Of a stretch of DNA of 64,000 bases, positions 9,748 to 20,281 are shown piece after piece. The stretch spans positions 832,001-896,000 of the forward strand of contig CBDBOV010000006.1 of the NCBI GenBank assembly GCA_965208575.1, read 5' to 3'. Both the position numbers and the translations under genes were made by a program. The stretch is from Spirochaetia bacterium. GTDB lineage: Bacteria > Spirochaetota > Spirochaetia > SZUA-6 > Bin103. Position 1 is the first letter of the stretch. Each line of letters opens with the position of its first letter. Below the pieces are notes generated by a model. It was not told the DNA's origin. It searched no databases and saw only the letters and a program-made list of their open reading frames with translations.

Positions 9748-10995
9748 ATGAACTACCGGGAGCGCCACCTTGAGCGCAGGCTGTCCCGCTTGCGAAGCGC
9801 GGTTCCCGTAGTCCTGGTAATCGGCGCGCGCCAGTCTGGCAAGAGCACCCTGCTGGCGCACGTGGCGCCGCGAGCGGCTCGCGTGGTATTCGACCCGGTG
9901 ATCGACATCGGCAACGCGCGGGACGACCCCGAGTTGTTCCTGGACCAGTATCGCCCGCCGCTGATTCTGGACGAGGTGCAGTATGTGCCCGACCTGCTGG
10001 CGGTGATCAAGCGGCGCGTCGACGAGGACGGTGCACCGGGCCAATTCCTGCTGACCGGCTCCATGAACCTGATGCTGCTTCGGTCGGTCAGCGAGAGCAT
10101 GGCAGGCCGGGTTGCCGTGCTTGACCTTCCCTTTCTGTCGTTGGCCGAACGCTGCGGCCGCGCGGCGACCGCAGAAGTCTGGGTCGAAGACCTGTTCGCA
10201 TCAGATCCGCTGTCACGGCTGCGCAGGCGGGAACGTCTGCCTTCGCGAGCGATCGAGGCGACGCTGGCAGCACGCCTGTGGCGGGGCGGGTTCCCCAGGC
10301 ACCTGGACCACGACGACGAGATTCTTCCCGATCTGTTGGCGTCCTACATGCGAACGTACGTTGAGCGCGACGTGCGCCGCGTCGCCGCGGTGGAAGACGC
10401 CGGCTTGTTCACCCGCTTCGTCGGCCTGTGCGCGGCCCACACCGGCCAGGAAATCAACCACAGCCAGCTCGGGCGAGAGCTCGGCATCACCTACCAGACT
10501 TCACAACGCTGGCTGGGTATCCTGCAGGCCACCTTCCAATGGCTGGAGGTACCGGCGTTCTCCGCCAATCCCACGAAACGGGTTTCCAAGCGGCCAAAGG
10601 GGTACTTCGCGGACACCGGTCTGGCCGCGTGGACGCAGCGCATTTCCAGCCCGGAGGCGCTGTTCACGAATCCCATGCTCGGTGCTCTATTCGAGACGCA
10701 CGTGGTGCTTGACCTCCTCAAGCAAACGCACGCGATGGCGCACCCCCCGCGTGCCCACCACTGGCGGCTGCACTCGGGTGCGGAGGTGGACCTGATCCTG
10801 GAACGCGACGGGGTGCTGGTCGCCATCGAGGCGAAGAGCAGGTCGCGCGTGACACGTGCCGACACCCGTGGCATTCGTGCCTTCCGCGACTCCCACCCGC
10901 GGTTGCGGCACGGCACAGGCGTGGTGGTGGCCGCGGTCCGAGAAGTCACCCTGCTCGGCGACAACATCGTCGCCGTACCGTACGACCTCGCCTGA
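9748..10995 (+). CDS. AAA_14 ATPase with DUF4143 C-terminal domain
   Basis: GARQSGKST Walker A, LILDEVQ Walker B, LTGS, KGYFADTGL, LFET, EVDLIL...AIEAK. Confidence 0.9.
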   Translation: MNYRERHLERRLSRLRSAVPVVLVIGARQSGKSTLLAHVAPRAARVVFDPVIDIGNARDDPELFLDQYRPPLILDEVQYVPDLLAVIKRRVDEDGAPGQFLLTGSMNLMLLRSVSESMAGRVAVLDLPFLSLAERCGRAATAEVWVEDLFASDPLSRLRRRERLPSRAIEATLAARLWRGGFPRHLDHDDEILPDLLASYMRTYVERDVRRVAAVEDAGLFTRFVGLCAAHTGQEINHSQLGRELGITYQTSQRWLGILQATFQWLEVPAFSANPTKRVSKRPKGYFADTGLAAWTQRISSPEALFTNPMLGALFETHVVLDLLKQTHAMAHPPRAHHWRLHSGAEVDLILERDGVLVAIEAKSRSRVTRADTRGIRAFRDSHPRLRHGTGVVVAAVREVTLLGDNIVAVPYDLA

Positions 10996-11036
10996 CCCTC
11001 GACGGTGACCGGGCACTGAGCGGCCTGGCGCCCGGG

Positions 11037-12200
11037 TCAACGGGGCTGGCGGAGGATGAGGTGCACCGGGCCGATGAGGCCGGAGGGGAGCTGGGCGCCT
11101 TCGTAAGCGTTGGCCATGCTGTTGGTGACCCGTACCTCCAGGCGGTGTGGTCCCGCCGCTACCGGCCCGGTAAGCGGGATACGGTGTGGAGCCCACATGC
11201 GCACCCCGGCGAGTTCTCCATCGAGAGACGCCTCGGCGATATCGCCCACGTCGCCGAGGTCGAGATCCAGCCGGTCCGCCGCGCCCGGCAGGTCGAACAC
11301 GGCCCGGTAGCACAGCGTGCCGGAAAACAGCTCAAGGCCGGGGTGCCGCGACCAGTCGCCGAGTTCCAGGCCGGGAACTGGGTCATCACCCTCGCCTGAC
11401 ACCTGCCATCGCAGGTCGAGCGGCAGCCGCCGTTCGTGGTACTCCTCCGCAACCGCAGCAGGTGCGGCTTCGGCCGCCCGGTCGACTGCCAGCACCACGC
11501 TCTCCCGACGCGGCAGGTGCAGCGCAACCGCCATCCCGTCCCCCGTGGTCCTGGCGCGCGCGGCGCGGCGCGTGCCGGCCAGCGCGTCCCAGCACTCGAC
11601 GCGTCCGCCCGTATGCAGCCACACCTCGCCGTCGATCGTGTCGCCGCCCTCGTTGACCAGCAGGTAGAAATCGATGCCGGCCTTGCGGTAGTGGATGAAG
11701 CGCAGGTCGGGGTGCGGCGGATCGAGGCGCAGGTCGGCAGCGATCAGCCCCGCGAGGCGGTCGGGCAGGTCCATTCCGTCAGTGAATTCGAGCAGGTGTC
11801 CACCGGCGGCCGAGAACTCGTTCAGCACGCGGCGCGCCTTCCCGTCGAGCACCGGGTTTCCCTCCATCACCACGGCACGGTACGTCTGCGTACCGGCGGC
11901 GAGCGTCGCGCCCTCCACCGACGCCTCCGCAAGCGCGCGTTCGTCCAGGTAGAGGAAGTCGATCTGCCTCTGGTAGAGCTGCTTCGCGGCCTGCCAGGGG
12001 ATGGCGTTGCCGTCGCCGAGGATCGCGACGTCGCACACCTGCTCGCCGTCGCACAGCAGCCAGCTCAGCCGCTGCGCGTAGCGGTTGAGCAGGCCGACGT
12101 AGGGGCGCCACGTGTTGTGCAGGCACAGATCCGGCTCGCTCTCCCAGGCGCGCCGGGCGCGGATCGAGTAGAACACCGCGTGCGGATCGATCAGGTTGTT
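11037..12200 (-). pseudogene. C-terminal part of a GH106 (alpha-L-rhamnosidase-like) glycoside hydrolase, 5'-truncated
   Basis: NLIDPHAVFYS...YAQRLSWLL...DVAIL, and the LDLGDVGDIAE...GVRMWAPH...LEVRVTN...PSGLIGPV tail; the N-terminal catalytic region is absent. Confidence 0.65.
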
Positions 12201-12209
12201 GCAGATACG

Positions 12210-12335
12210 TCAACTCGACGCCGATGCGAGCGGATTCACCCAGCGGACACCGGCGAAGCGACTGAAATCCGCATCGCTGGAGTAGACCTCGACGCCGTAC
12301 GCGTACAGCAGGAGGTCGACGTCGGGGACGATCAC
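12210..12335 (-). pseudogene. VapC (PIN) toxin with a large in-frame internal deletion (41 aa)
   Basis: Translates to MIVPDVDLLLYAY-GVEVYSSDADFSRFAGVRWVNPLASASS, i.e. PIN N- and C-terminal motifs joined directly. Confidence 0.75.
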
Positions 12336-13159
12336 CGCTCTGCCCGCAGCTTCTCGATCACGGCATCGTCCTCCAGCTCGTCGGCCAGCTTGTTGAACGA
12401 TGCGACGTCGATGCCGGACCGCAGCGACGTCCTGGTGCCGAGGTAGGCGTCGCGCACCTCGCGGTTGGCCTTGAGGTCGGCGACCGGGCCTTCCAGAACC
12501 ACGCGGCCCTGCTCGATCACGTAGCCGTAGCGGGCGACGTCGAGCGCCAGCACGGCGTTCTGCTCCACCAGCAGGATAGACACGCCGCGGTCGCGGTTGA
12601 TGCGCGCGATGCCGGCGAATACCTCTTCCCGAAGGCGGGGCGCGAGGCCCAGCGAGGGCTCGTCGAGCAGCATCACCAGAGGCTCGGTGAGCAGGGCGCG
12701 GCCGATGGCCAGCATCTGCTGCTCGCCCCCGGACAGGTAGCCGGCGCGGTGGTTGCGGCGCGCCGCCAGCAGCGGGAAGAGCTGGTAGACGGCTTCGATC
12801 CCGCCCGGGGGCCGCGCGCGGCGCCCGACCATTGCCCAGGCTGCCGCGCGCAGGTTTTCGTCGACGGTGAGGTCGGTGAACAGGCGGCGGCCCTCCGGCA
12901 CCGCGACCAGGCGGCGGCGCGCCAGCCGATGCGGCGCCACACCATCCACGCGCCGTCCGTCCAGCGTGATCAAGCCGGCCGTGAGGCGGCCCCGCTCGTA
13001 CGGCAGCAGCCCGGCGATGGCGCGCAGGGTAGTGGTCTTGCCGGCGCCGTTGGCACCCAGCAACGCCACGATGCGCCCGGTCGGCACGCGCAGCGAAAGG
13101 CCGCGCAACACCGGCGCCCCCTGCCCGTACACTGCCTCGATGGCGTTTACTTCAAGCAA
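12332..13159 (-). CDS. livF: Branched-chain amino acid ABC ATPase with a fused antitoxin-like tail
   Basis: GANGAGKTT, LSGGEQQMLAIGRAL, LLDEPSLGLAP, VRDAYLG followed by a ~30 aa extension. Confidence 0.9.
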   Translation of the reverse strand: MLEVNAIEAVYGQGAPVLRGLSLRVPTGRIVALLGANGAGKTTTLRAIAGLLPYERGRLTAGLITLDGRRVDGVAPHRLARRRLVAVPEGRRLFTDLTVDENLRAAAWAMVGRRARPPGGIEAVYQLFPLLAARRNHRAGYLSGGEQQMLAIGRALLTEPLVMLLDEPSLGLAPRLREEVFAGIARINRDRGVSILLVEQNAVLALDVARYGYVIEQGRVVLEGPVADLKANREVRDAYLGTRTSLRSGIDVASFNKLADELEDDAVIEKLRAER

Positions 13160-13310
13160 GGGGCAAGGTCACCCGACCGGGCGGCGACGGCGGGCGTCCG
13201 ACGACGGGCGCAATGTGAGCCGCCCGGTGTGCCGCACCCGCGCGCCGGCCTGACCAACCTTCGCCGCCGCGCCGCCGCGAGGAAGCGGTCGGATCAGCCG
13301 TCGGAACGAT

Positions 13311-14528
13311 TCAATCGTCGAGGACGATCCAGTCGGACACCGGGTCCATGCGCCCGGTGGCGGAGTTGCCCTTGTAGATGCGCCCGACCGGGATCGAGTT
13401 GTTCCGGAACGTCACCGGCACGCCGATCAGGCCGCCGGTGTCCCAGTCCTTGATCCCGTCCAGGGTGGCCTTCAGGTTGTCGCCGGTCAGCTCCAGGCCG
13501 GCGTCCATGGTACGCTTGATCACCTCGGTCAGAATCATGCCGGAGAACCACGCCTGCAGCGCATAGGTCGGCACGTACTCTACTCCTTGCGATTGCGCGA
13601 CCTGGGCAATCAACCGCAGCGTCGCGGACTCCTCCTGCTCCCAGTAGTAGCGGTACGGAAACACGCCCATGTAGCGGTCGGCGAGCGGGCCGAGCTGCCG
13701 GATGATCAGCGGCTCCATGGCCCAGAACGTGCCCATGAACATGGCATCGACGCCGGTCTGCGCCGCCTGCACCATCACTTCCGGCCACACCGTGGCAACG
13801 TAGCCGTGGAAGATCACGTAGTCGGGCTGTGCGCGGCGCAGCTTGAGCACCTCGGGGGCCACGTCGATGCCGGCCGGCTGGGTCTCGATCTCGGCGACGA
13901 TCTCGATGCCGAGTTGCGCGGCGCGCTCCTTGGCGTACGGGATCGGGTCGCGGCCGAACTCCAGGTTGGAGTAGAACAGCGCCACGCGCGGCGCCGCGCC
14001 GCCGGTGCCGCCCTGCCCGGCGATGTACTCCAGCAGCATGCCGACCATCTCGGCGTAGGTGGGCCCGGTCAGGAACTGGTAGGGAAACCTGTCCGGATCG
14101 GCAAGCACGGTGGCCAGCGAGCTGCCGCCCATCAGCACCTTGTAGCGCTCGTTGACCTCCGGCGCCGACAGCAGCGCAAAGCCGGTCGAGTCGCCGTAGA
14201 AGGCCACCACCTCTTCTTCCTCGGCCATGACCTGCTTGAACACCGCCAGCGACTGCTCCGGCATCGAGCCGGAGTCATGACTCGCCAGCCGCACCGGCCG
14301 GCCGTTGATGCCGCCGGTGGCGTTCAGGTAGCCGAGGTAGGCGCCCATGCCGAGACTGCCAAGCTCGCCCGCCTGGGCGTAGATGCCGGTCAACGGTATC
14401 GATGCGCCCCACACGATCTCGTGCTCGTCCGCAACCAGCGGCACCGCCGCCCCGATCAGTGCGGCGGCCAACGCCAGCGCCACGTTGCGGGCCATGCCCC
14501 GCACGAGTCCCACTCTTCTGCTCTTCAT
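13311..14528 (-). CDS. Branched-chain amino acid-type ABC substrate-binding protein
   Basis: PLTGIYA, NATGGINGRPV, signal peptide, position in the liv operon. Confidence 0.9.
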   Translation of the reverse strand: MKSRRVGLVRGMARNVALALAAALIGAAVPLVADEHEIVWGASIPLTGIYAQAGELGSLGMGAYLGYLNATGGINGRPVRLASHDSGSMPEQSLAVFKQVMAEEEEVVAFYGDSTGFALLSAPEVNERYKVLMGGSSLATVLADPDRFPYQFLTGPTYAEMVGMLLEYIAGQGGTGGAAPRVALFYSNLEFGRDPIPYAKERAAQLGIEIVAEIETQPAGIDVAPEVLKLRRAQPDYVIFHGYVATVWPEVMVQAAQTGVDAMFMGTFWAMEPLIIRQLGPLADRYMGVFPYRYYWEQEESATLRLIAQVAQSQGVEYVPTYALQAWFSGMILTEVIKRTMDAGLELTGDNLKATLDGIKDWDTGGLIGVPVTFRNNSIPVGRIYKGNSATGRMDPVSDWIVLDD

Positions 14529-14532
14529 CCGG

Positions 14533-15606
14533 TTACTCCTTCGCCGCGGTTTTGAGCTTCAACCGCTTTCTGATTCGATTGATGATACCAGCCAGGCCGC
14601 CCGGCTCAAAGATCAGGAACAGCACGATCAACAGACCGAACAGCACCTCGCGCACGGGCGCCAGGAGGCCGGCCGCAAGCGGCCCGAACACGCCGGCGAC
14701 CGCGGCAAGCGCCGCCGGCGTGGCGGTCATGAAGATAGCACCAAGCAGGACACCCTGTACAGTTCCCATGCCGCCCACCACGATCGCCGTCAGGTAGAAC
14801 AGCGAGAGCTGGAAGCCGAACTGGCCGGGGGTCACCACCTTGTAGAAGTAGGCCATGAAGCCGCCCGCGAGGCCGGCAAAGAAGGAGCTGACGCCGAACG
14901 CGGCAAGCTGGTAGCGGCGCGGGTCGACGCCGAGCACCTCGGCGGCGCTGTCGCGGTCGCGCATGGCGATGAAGGCGCGCCCGGCGCGGGTGCGGAACAG
15001 GTTGCGCGTGAACAGCAGGGCCGCCACCGCGACCGCCGTGATCGGGTAGTACATCTCGCGCTCGGTGCTCATCTGCAGACCGGCAATCTGCGCCGGCGCG
15101 ACGTTGGTGCCGCCGCGCCCGCCGGTGACCGGCTCCCACGCGTTGAACACGAAGCCCAGAATGAACTGCGCCGCGAGCGTGGCGATGGCCAGGTACAGCC
15201 CCTTGATGCGCAGCGACGGCAGCCCGGTCGCCATCCCCGCACCGGCGGCCAGCAGACCCGCCATCAGCAGGCACAGGGAGGACGGCAGCCCCAGGTTGGC
15301 GCTGAACCACGCCACGCCGTACGCGCCCACCCCCATGAAAGCGGCGTGGCCGAGCGAAATGAGTCCCGCGTAACCGGTCAGCACGTTCAGACCCACGGCG
15401 CTGATCACGATGATCCCGAACAGGCACGCCACGTGCAGGTGATAGCTGTTGCCGAACAGCGGAATCCCCGCCAGCACCGCCGCCGCCAGCAGCGTGCCGG
15501 CCGCGCTCTTCGCGGTCAGGCCCGGGCGCGCATGCGTGCGACCGGTCGCCGCGCCGCCCGCACCCTGCACTGCAGAGGCCGCACGCGCCGGGCCCGGTGC
15601 GGTCAC
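14533..15606 (-). CDS. livM: Branched-chain amino acid ABC permease
   Basis: GLNVLTGYAGLISLGHAAF, LRIKGLYLAIATLA, VVGGMGT; GTG overlaps the livH stop. Confidence 0.88.
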   Translation of the reverse strand: MTAPGPARAASAVQGAGGAATGRTHARPGLTAKSAAGTLLAAAVLAGIPLFGNSYHLHVACLFGIIVISAVGLNVLTGYAGLISLGHAAFMGVGAYGVAWFSANLGLPSSLCLLMAGLLAAGAGMATGLPSLRIKGLYLAIATLAAQFILGFVFNAWEPVTGGRGGTNVAPAQIAGLQMSTEREMYYPITAVAVAALLFTRNLFRTRAGRAFIAMRDRDSAAEVLGVDPRRYQLAAFGVSSFFAGLAGGFMAYFYKVVTPGQFGFQLSLFYLTAIVVGGMGTVQGVLLGAIFMTATPAALAAVAGVFGPLAAGLLAPVREVLFGLLIVLFLIFEPGGLAGIINRIRKRLKLKTAAKE

Positions 15607-16475
15607 AGCCGCTCCACCCGCGGCGCGCCGAGCAGGCCGTGCGGACGCACCATCAGGATGGTCAGCAGCACCAGGAACGGTACCACGTCCTTGTAGGAGG
15701 CACCCAGGTAGAAACCGGTGACCGCTTCCAGCCAGCCGACGATCAGTCCGGCCAGTATGGCGCCGGCCAGACTGTCGAGGCCGCCGAGAATCACCACCGC
15801 CAGCACTGACAGCCCGATCCGTCCCATGTTGGGATTGAGCGTGGTGACCGAGCCCACCACGATGCCGGCCAGGGCAGCGGTCGCCGCGGCGCACGCCCAG
15901 GTCACGCTGAACATCGCCGGCACGTTGATGCCCAGCGAGCTCGCGGCCACCTGGTCCGACGCGGTGGCGCGCATCGCCAGCCCGAGGTTGGTAACCTTGA
16001 ACAGCACCCGGAACACCGCCACGGCGGCCAGCGCGAGCAGCGCGCCGTAGCCGGTGTTGGCGGGGATGTACATCGCCCCGAGGACAATCGGTTGCTGCGG
16101 AAATATGTCCGGCATGAAGAAGTCGCGCGCCGTCCACACGAGCTGCACCAGGCCGTGCAGGACCGCCGCCAGGCCGAAGGTCGCCATTACCGCCACGGTC
16201 TGCGAGCGACCCTCCAGCGGGCGCAGCAGGAGGCGCTCCACGACGGTCCCGAGCAGCGCCGTTGCGACGACTGCCAGCGGCAGCGCCGCCCACCAGGGCA
16301 GGTCCAGCTGCGCCGCGCCGGTGAAGTAGCAGTAAGCCCCGAACATCATGATGTTGCCGTGCGCGAAGTTCACGATGCGGGTGGCGCGGTACACGATCAC
16401 GTAGCCGAGGCCGATCAGGCCGTACACGCCCCCGGCCGCCAACCCGACCAGGCTTATCTCGAGCAGAAACTCCAT
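15603..16475 (-). CDS. livH: Branched-chain amino acid ABC permease
   Basis: IVNFAHG, GLAMRA, VILGGLDS, RPHGLLG. Confidence 0.9.
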   Translation of the reverse strand: MEFLLEISLVGLAAGGVYGLIGLGYVIVYRATRIVNFAHGNIMMFGAYCYFTGAAQLDLPWWAALPLAVVATALLGTVVERLLLRPLEGRSQTVAVMATFGLAAVLHGLVQLVWTARDFFMPDIFPQQPIVLGAMYIPANTGYGALLALAAVAVFRVLFKVTNLGLAMRATASDQVAASSLGINVPAMFSVTWACAAATAALAGIVVGSVTTLNPNMGRIGLSVLAVVILGGLDSLAGAILAGLIVGWLEAVTGFYLGASYKDVVPFLVLLTILMVRPHGLLGAPRVERL

Positions 16476-16488
16476 CAGCGGCGGTCCG

Positions 16489-17286
16489 TTACGACGCCTG
16501 CTCCGCCTCGGCGCCGAGATAGGCGGCGATCACCGCCGGGTCCTCGCGTACCCGCTCCGGCGTGCCGGCCGCGATCACCCGCCCGAAGTCCAGCACCACA
16601 ACCTGGTCGGCCAGGTCCATCACCACGTGCATGTCGTGTTCCACCAGCAGCACCGTGATACCGCGCAGCCGCTGCAGGTCACGGATCAGGCGCATCATCT
16701 GCTCCCGGTCGCCGTGGGCCAAGCCGGCGGCCGGTTCGTCCAGCAGCAGCAGCCGCGGCTGCATGGCGATCGCCCGCGCCAGTTCGACGCGCTTGCGCAG
16801 CCCGTAGGGCAGCGCCGCCGCGGACTCCCCGAGAATCTCGCGGATGCCGAGCAGGTCGGCCACCTCCTCGTTGATGTACTCCTCCAAGCGCCGCTCCTCG
16901 CGCCGTGCCCGCCCCAGGTACAGCCCGCCGGCCAGCAGCCCGCTGCGCAGGTGCACGTGGCGGCCGAGCTTGACGTTGTCCAGCACCGACATGCTCGGAA
17001 ACAGCGCGATGTTCTGGAACGTGCGCGCCACGCCCAGCGCCGCACGGCGCGCTGCCGGCAGGCGGGTCACATCCGCGCCCGCGAACACGATCCGGCCGGC
17101 GTGCGGCCGGTAGCTGCCCGACACCGAGTTGAACAGGCTCGTCTTGCCGGCGCCATTGGGCCCGATGATGGCGGTGATGCCGCCCTCCGGGACCTGCAGC
17201 GACACCTCGTCGAGCACCGCCAGCCCGCCGAACTGCAGGCACAGGCCGTCCACTTCCAGGAGGTAGCTGGTGACCACGTTGCTCAT
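16489..17286 (-). CDS. livG: Branched-chain amino acid ABC ATPase
   Basis: GPNGAGKTS, RTFQN, LPYG, LLLDEPAAG, VIAAYLG. Confidence 0.92.
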   Translation of the reverse strand: MSNVVTSYLLEVDGLCLQFGGLAVLDEVSLQVPEGGITAIIGPNGAGKTSLFNSVSGSYRPHAGRIVFAGADVTRLPAARRAALGVARTFQNIALFPSMSVLDNVKLGRHVHLRSGLLAGGLYLGRARREERRLEEYINEEVADLLGIREILGESAAALPYGLRKRVELARAIAMQPRLLLLDEPAAGLAHGDREQMMRLIRDLQRLRGITVLLVEHDMHVVMDLADQVVVLDFGRVIAAGTPERVREDPAVIAAYLGAEAEQAS

Positions 17287-17456
17287 GAGTGGGCGGGGTC
17301 AGTAGACGTGTACACGGGATCGGACGTCAACCATGGCCGGGCCGTGTTACCGTAGAGCGAGCCGTTCACCCGGTGTCGACGCGGCACTTACCTTGCGCAT
17401 CCGCTCGGGAGCGGCCATCCGGTGTAGGATGCCCGGCCGAAGGCGGTGATGTTGCG

Positions 17457-18329
17457 ATGACTTCCCTTGCCACGCTGACCGGCGAGCAGGCCGATCACTT
17501 CGTGGAGCACGGCTACGTGGTGGTGCCCGACTGTCTGGACCCCGGCCTGGCACGGCGCTGGACCGACCTGGCCTGCCGCCGGCTCGGCTACGACCGGGCG
17601 GATGCGGCGACCTGGGCGGAGGAGATCGTGTGGATGGACCGCCACACCACCGCGCCGGTGAGTGACATCTCGCCTCGAGGCTGGGGCGCGCTGTGCGACG
17701 TGGTGGGCGGCGAGGAGCGTATCGACCCACGGGTGTACGAGATCGAGTCGCGGCACTTCACCACCATCGATGCATTCGAGTGGTCGGACGCGTTCATCGT
17801 CAACTTCCGGCGCGGAGCCGACCAGCCGTGGCAGCCGCCGGGACCCGATGTCCCCGGCTGGCACAAGGACGGCAGCTACTTCCGCCACTTCCTCGACAGC
17901 CGCGAGCAGGCGCTGCTCACCGTGCTGCTGTGGTCGGAAGTAGCGCCGCGCGGCGGCGGCACCTTCATTGCGCCCGACTCGGTCGGAGTGGTTGCCCGCT
18001 ACCTGGCGGAGCGTCCCGAGGGGGCCTCGCCCGGCGCGTTCGGGGAACTGATCCGGGAGTGCCGCGAGTTCGTGGAGTTGACCGGCCCGCCCGGCACGCT
18101 GGTGATCCTGCACCCGTTCATGCTGCACGCCTCCTCCAACAACCACTCCGGGCGCCCGCGCTTCATGTCCAATCCGCCGATGGTCCTGCGCGAGCCGCTC
18201 AACCTGCAGCGCGACGACGCCGGCGATTACTCGCTCCTGGAACGCACCACCCTGCACGCCCTGGGCGTCCCGCACTGCGACTTCCGCCCGTCAGTGCCGC
18301 GCGAGTCGTACTGGAAGCAGATCCGGTAG
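17457..18329 (+). CDS. PhyH-like dioxygenase
   Basis: FVEHGYVVV, GWHKDG, RGGGT, HPFMLHASS...RFMSN. Confidence 0.85.
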   Translation: MTSLATLTGEQADHFVEHGYVVVPDCLDPGLARRWTDLACRRLGYDRADAATWAEEIVWMDRHTTAPVSDISPRGWGALCDVVGGEERIDPRVYEIESRHFTTIDAFEWSDAFIVNFRRGADQPWQPPGPDVPGWHKDGSYFRHFLDSREQALLTVLLWSEVAPRGGGTFIAPDSVGVVARYLAERPEGASPGAFGELIRECREFVELTGPPGTLVILHPFMLHASSNNHSGRPRFMSNPPMVLREPLNLQRDDAGDYSLLERTTLHALGVPHCDFRPSVPRESYWKQIR

Positions 18330-18367
18330 CTTTACGCGCGCCGCGGTTTGACGGCAAGGTGGGACGG

Positions 18368-19138
18368 GTGAAGCACAACACCATGAAGCGCAAGATGCTC
18401 GCCGGTGAGCCGGTGGTCGGCGCGGAGCTGGCGATCGGCTGCCCGCTGGTCGGCGAGATGTTCTCGCTGGCCGGGTTCGACTTCGTCCAGGTGGACTGCC
18501 AGCACGGCGTGTGGGACGACACCACCGCCATGCAGGCGCTGCACCACATACTCATCGGACCGGCGACGCCGTCGGTGCGGGTGCCGGACAACGACTACGC
18601 GGCGATCGGCCGGCTCCTCGACCGCGGCGCGCTCAGCATCATCGTGCCGATGGTCAACACTCCCGCCGAGGCGCGGCGCGCGGTCGACGCGGTGCGCTAC
18701 CCGCCGCTGGGCAAGCGCTCCGGCGGCGGCCCCACCGGCTACCTGAGCTACGGCAGCGACTATTCCGCCCGCGCCAACGAAGAGGTGCTGCTGATGGTGC
18801 AGATCGAGACCGCGCAAGCGGCGGAGGCGGCAGAGGAGATCCTCGGCGTGGACGGGGTCGACGGCTGCATGATAGGCCCAGGCGACCTGAGCCGCACCAT
18901 GGGCGTCGACCTGAGCAAGCCGGCGGACCGGGACCGGCATGCCGGCGTGATCCGCGAGGTGCGCGAGACCTGCGTGCGGGTGGGCAAGCTGCCCGGCATC
19001 GCCACCGGCGGACGCGGCGCCGAGCAGTGCCTGAAGGACGGTTTCCTGTTCGTGCTCGCCGTGGGCGACTACGCGTTCCTGAACCAGGGCGCCCACGACG
19101 TGGTGGAGTGGCTCAACGGAGTGCGCGCCGCCGGCTGA
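18368..19138 (+). CDS. HpcH/HpaI aldolase family protein
   Basis: GFDFVQVDCQHG, LDRGA, RYPPLGKRS, VQIET, IGPGDLS. Confidence 0.9.
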   Translation: MKHNTMKRKMLAGEPVVGAELAIGCPLVGEMFSLAGFDFVQVDCQHGVWDDTTAMQALHHILIGPATPSVRVPDNDYAAIGRLLDRGALSIIVPMVNTPAEARRAVDAVRYPPLGKRSGGGPTGYLSYGSDYSARANEEVLLMVQIETAQAAEAAEEILGVDGVDGCMIGPGDLSRTMGVDLSKPADRDRHAGVIREVRETCVRVGKLPGIATGGRGAEQCLKDGFLFVLAVGDYAFLNQGAHDVVEWLNGVRAAG

Positions 19139-19279
19139 CTCGCCTTGCAACGCAGTACCGCCGCGCGCCGGGAGTCGACGCGCGGCGGTGAGGGAGGGGA
19201 ACTCCCCGGCTCGGCGACGGCGTGCCGGGCGGCGGCGGACGCCGCCGCGGCGACGCCGCACCGCCGGGCCGGGACGGCG

Positions 19280-20173
19280 CTACATGGCGCCTTGCGGGCT
19301 TGCCTCCGGGGCAGCCTCAGGCTGAGGCGCATCCGGCTGCATGTGCCGGAAGTTGCGCCGCATCTGTTCGAAGCGTTCGCGGTTGCGCTCCCACCACTCC
19401 TGCATCGCCTCCGGATCCAGGTCGCCGCGCCCGAACGCGCGCATCTGGAAGAAAGGCCAGGGGCGGTAGCGCAGGCCGAGCATCGCCGTGCCGGTCTCCG
19501 GGTGCTCGCCCAGGGTCACCGCGGCGCTCATCGCCTCGCCGGCGCGCTCGTAGTCGAGGCTGATGCTGGCGCCGGGCTCGAAGCCGCCGATCACCTCGGC
19601 CAGGTTGCCCGCCGTCTCGCTCAGCTCGGTACCGTCGACGGCGGTGATCCAGTCGCCGGGCTGTAGACCCGCCGCGGCGGCCGGGCTGTCGGGAACCACC
19701 TCCATCACGATGGCGCCGGGGGCCGCGAGCTCCTCGAAGGAGAACTCGCCGGCATCGGGAGCCATCTCCCCGTCCTTATCGTGCGGCTCCTCGGCCATGC
19801 CGAGCTGCTCCGGCTGCGGCCCGGCGTTGGACACCATCAGCCCGAGACGGGGGCGCCCCCACACGTAGGCGATCGCCACGACCTGGTCGATCATCTCGTC
19901 GCCGCGCGTGATGGCGAGCGTGACCTCGGCGTGCTCGGCGTCGGCCAGCGCCCCGGTCAGGTCGCCGATGTGCGCCACCGGCAGACCGTCGATCCCTACG
20001 ATCAGGTCGCCGCGTTGCACACCCGCCGCCGCCGCAGGACCGTTGGGGTCGACGTCCGTAACCAGGACACCGGGCGGTGCATCCGTGTCCGCCGCCAGCG
20101 GCATAACGGCCACCAGCAGGACGGCCGCCGCTGCGGCGGCCCTTGTCATCAATCTCATATTCCGTACCTCCAT
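19280..20173 (-). CDS. Secreted tandem-PDZ protein without a protease domain
   Basis: Two PDZ motifs (VDPNGPAAAAGVQRGDLI; VVPDSPAAAAGLQPGDWI) and a signal peptide. Confidence 0.85.
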   Translation of the reverse strand: MEVRNMRLMTRAAAAAAVLLVAVMPLAADTDAPPGVLVTDVDPNGPAAAAGVQRGDLIVGIDGLPVAHIGDLTGALADAEHAEVTLAITRGDEMIDQVVAIAYVWGRPRLGLMVSNAGPQPEQLGMAEEPHDKDGEMAPDAGEFSFEELAAPGAIVMEVVPDSPAAAAGLQPGDWITAVDGTELSETAGNLAEVIGGFEPGASISLDYERAGEAMSAAVTLGEHPETGTAMLGLRYRPWPFFQMRAFGRGDLDPEAMQEWWERNRERFEQMRRNFRHMQPDAPQPEAAPEASPQGAM

Positions 20174-20281
20174 GCGATCGATGTGAAAGTGATGCAGGGA
20201 AACGTACCCGGCCAGTTTTATTGGGCAGTAAAACGACGGTTACAATTTCGCAACACTGCGTCCGGCGCGGATTCTCGTACG

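Noticed and set aside
19140-19279. GC-rich hairpins as tRNA or ncRNA
   Set aside because: No tRNA arms or CCA end; adequately explained as structure between convergent genes
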